Assembly (NCBI GenBank): GCA_038087875.1
Contig: CM075994.1
Span: 9,798,001-9,862,000 of the forward strand
Source of the DNA: Malacoraja senta
Lineage: Eukaryota
Direction: 5' to 3'
Length of the DNA: 64,000 nucleotides
A program made the position numbers and the translations under genes. A model generated the notes under the pieces. That model had not been told where the DNA came from, did not search any database, and saw nothing but the letters and a program-made list of their open reading frames with translations. Shown piece after piece: positions 60,980 through 64,000 of the stretch. Numbering within the stretch: position 1 is the stretch's first letter; each line of letters starts with the position of its first letter.

Positions 60980-63900
60980 GCTTACCTGCAGTTCATCGCA
61001 TGTACTCCTGTTGGCATAGCATATCAACAGTATGGGTCAGGGGTCGTGACCCGACTGCCGTGCAACCTCCCTGTATGTATGTGTGTGTGTGTCTGTGTCT
61101 GTGTGTTTGTGAGTCTCTGTGTGAGTCTCTGTGTGTGTGTGAGTCTGTGTGTGTCTGTATGTGTGTGCGAGTCTGTCTGTGTGTGTGTCTGAAAGTCTGT
61201 TTAAGTGTGAGTCTGAGTGTGTGTCTGTGTGAGTGAGTTTGTGTGTGAGTCTGTGTGTGAGTGTGTGTGTGTCTATGTGTGTGTGTCTGTGCGTATGTGT
61301 GTGTGAGTCTGTGAGTGAGTCTGTGTGTGTGTGTCTGTGTATGAGTCTGTGTGAGTGAGTCTGTGTGTGTGTCTGTCTGTGTGTGAGTGTGTGTGTGTGA
61401 GAGTGTGTCTGAGAGTGTGTTTGTGTGTATATGTCAGAGAGTGTGTGTGTGAGAGTCTGTGTCTGTGTGTGTGTGTGTCTGAGTCTGTGTGAGTGTGTGT
61501 GTGAGTCTGTGTGCGTGTCTGAGTCTGTGTGTGTGTGTATGTGTGTGTGTGTATGTGTGTGAGTCTTTGTATATGTGAGACTGTGTGTGAGTCTTTGTGT
61601 GTGTGTGAGTCTGTGTGCATAAGTGTGTGCGTCTGTGTGTGTGAGTCTGTGTGTGTGTGTGTGCATGAGTGTGCGTCTGTCTGAGTCTGTGTGTGAGTCT
61701 GTGTGTGAGTGTCTGTGTGAGTGTGAGACTGTGTGTGTGGGTCTGTGTGAGTGTGAGACTGTGTGTGTGTGTGTGAGAGAGTGTGAGTGTGTGAGAGTCT
61801 GTGTGTGTGTGTGTGTGTGTGTGTATGTCTGTGTGTGAGTGTGTGTGTGAGAGTCTGTGTGTGTGAGTCTGCGTGTGAGTCTGTGTGCATGAGTGTGTGT
61901 GTCTGTGTGCGTGACAGTCTGTGTGAGTCTGTGTGTGAGTCTGTGTGTGTGTGGCTGCGTGTGTGTGTCTGTGAGTGTGTCTGTGTGTGTCTGTCTGTGT
62001 GTGTGTGTCTGAGAGTGTGTTGGTGTGTATATGTGTGTGTGTTTGTGCGTCTGAGAATCTGTGTGTGTGTGTTTGAGAGTCTGTGTCTGTGTGTGTCTGT
62101 GTGTGTGTGTATATGTGTGTGTATATGTGTGTGTGTGAGAGTCTGTGTGTGAGCGTCTGTGTGAGTGTGTGTGTATGTGTATATGTGTGTGTGTGAGAGT
62201 CTGTGTGAGTGTGAGTGTGTGTGTGTGTGTGTGTGAGTCTGTGTGTGTGAGTCTGTGTGTGTGAGTCTGTGTGTGTGAGTCTGTGTGTGTGAGTCTGTGT
62301 GTGTGAGTCTGTGTGTGTGAGTCTGTGTGTGTGAGTCTGTGTGTGTGAGTCTGTGTGTGTGAGTCTGTGTGTGTGAGTCTGTGTGAGTGAGTGTGTGTGT
62401 CTGTGTGTGTGTGTGAGAGTCTGTGTGTGAGTGTCTCTGTGTGCGAGTGTCTGTGTGATGTGGTGGGTGTGTGTGTGATCAACAAATAACAAATAGTACA
62501 ATAATATAGTATTTCGTAGTTCAGAGCTTATTTGTTGTTTAGTAATAGTAATAGTAATAGTAATTTAATTTTCAATTCACATAATGTAACGAGTAGTTAC
62601 ACAGAGGATTGAAATTGCGTTTCTCCATACTCCAATGTGCAAGTAATATTTATAAAACAGACAGACAGTGTACCAATAAAAGAAGACAATGGACATATAC
62701 ATTATATAAAATATTCATTAATAAAAGGTGCAATATAGCATACTGTGCAAGTAGCATACTGCAGACTGCATTTTTGTTTAATAGCCTGATGGCTGTCACT
62801 CACCGCCCCCCCCCCCCCCCCCCACTGACATCCCCACCTCAAGACGCTGCCCGCCGCCTGGCGATAGGATGCCTCCCCTCCTGAAGCTGCCCCCATCCCC
62901 CGCTGCAGGACACCCCCCCTACCTCATCAGCCCACGAGAGCCCCCGCCTGAAGCCGTCACCCTTCCTCAGCTGCAGGACGCTTGCCACCCCCCAACCCAG
63001 CCCGACAGCTTCCGCCTCAAAAAAGTGTTTTCCACAAATTCTTCAGTGAGTCCAGAGGATTGAGATTTACAACAAGACAATGGAATTTTTAATTTGCCAC
63101 AACCAAGAAATGGAAGGATGCGCCTTGATGATGACAATCCAGAATTGCTGCAGGAATTGCTATAGGATAGAACTGAACAACAGCAATTTGTTGAGGTGAA
63201 TGGGTCTCTGCTGAATGCTGAGCAGAGAGCAGTGTATGCACTCAATTTAACAGAAGGTGAAGACATTCCCCTTCAGCTGATCCAATTCCCCATTCAATCA
63301 AGTTTTGCTATGACGATCCATAAAGCACAAGGACAAACAATGCAGAAGGTGTTGATCTACCTCGACAAACCGGTATTTCAGCATGGAAAACTGTATGTGT
63401 CTCTTAGCCGAGGATAGATGAAGGGAAATGTCAAAGTTTTCCTGAAGGATGGAACATCGACCAAGAATGTTGTCATTAAAAGCGTGCTTCGTTGAATGAT
63501 GACTTCTGAGATATATTCTCAGATTTTCTTTGTTAAAATTTGACTGCTGAGTCTCTCTATATTTAAATTGTCTCTTTTTTTTATCAACAGCAAAGAGACA
63601 TAAAGACGCAGTGAGCAGCAACAAGAGGCACAACAAGAAAGAACTTAATAATTCTCATCTTTAACATTTACATTTTTCTTATATTTTAAGTCATTCACAT
63701 TTTAAACTTTAATAAATCCTTTTTCCACTTTTCATGCCGGCGTGTTCTTCATCGCAATGGGAACCTAATGGGCAGGAATGCCTGGTCTGTGGGAGAGCCA
63801 CTGAGAGTGCATGGGGGGGGGTTGTGGGGAGATGGACTGAATGCGTGGCGGGGAGGGCAATGGCAAGGAGCAGAGTGGGGGGGTGGAGCAGGGTTGAGTG

Positions 63901-64000
63901 AGTGAACTGCCAGCGTACCAGCCGTGAGTGTCTGCACTGTCAGCCCACCAGCTGTGAGTAAGTGAACTGCCAGCCCACCAGCCGTGAGTGACTGCACTGC
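60980..64000 (+). mobile_element. Internally deleted Helitron, copy 2 (runs off the window)
   Basis: LNAEQRAVY joined to [19 protein letters not shown]...[14 protein letters not shown] (PIF1/SF1 helicase motifs, 63196-63497); shares blocks and 30-bp repeats with copy 1. Confidence 0.8.
61075..62477. repeat. 1.4-kb compound (TG)n/(TGTGTGTGAGTC)n microsatellite
   Basis: Direct inspection. Confidence 0.97.

Noticed and set aside
61037..62501. 482-aa and 355-aa His/Thr-rich ORFs (also at 4030-4776 and 31582-32065)
   Set aside because: Translations of dinucleotide microsatellites.
63196..63497. Cellular PIF1 helicase gene
   Set aside because: Intronless, internally deleted, contains a stop, and is embedded in Helitron-shared repeats.

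Overview
Eukaryotic, very repeat-dense genomic DNA. The CR1, L1, Penelope and SINE repertoire and an A33-like TRIM gene point to a cartilaginous fish, probably a skate or ray (inference). Most long ORFs in the track are decayed CR1, L1 or L2 LINE ORF2 pieces or microsatellite artefacts. Host-derived sequence: (i) a six-exon TRIM gene (B-box, coiled coil, PRY/SPRY; 36889-44290, +) with canonical splice sites and an open frame, but with the RING cut off at a SINE junction; (ii) a chain of small, in-phase, + strand exons ending in a stop and AATAAA (13601-22132), probably the 3' end of an unidentified gene, whose last exon is copied by a ~5.56-kb tandem duplication; (iii) an orphan BCL7A 5' fragment. 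The most unusual object is on the minus strand at 47.6-54.2 kb: a Gypsy-type Gag N-terminus fused in frame, through a short-period repeat linker, to a captured ASPM-type IQ-motif array with 23/23/27-aa periodicity. It is split by nested L1 insertions and flanked by LTR/PPT and LTR/PBS structures. Also present are Penelope remnants with minimal hammerhead ribozyme motifs, two related Helitron derivatives and several DNA transposons. Repeat boundaries are approximate unless a TSD or TIR is quoted.
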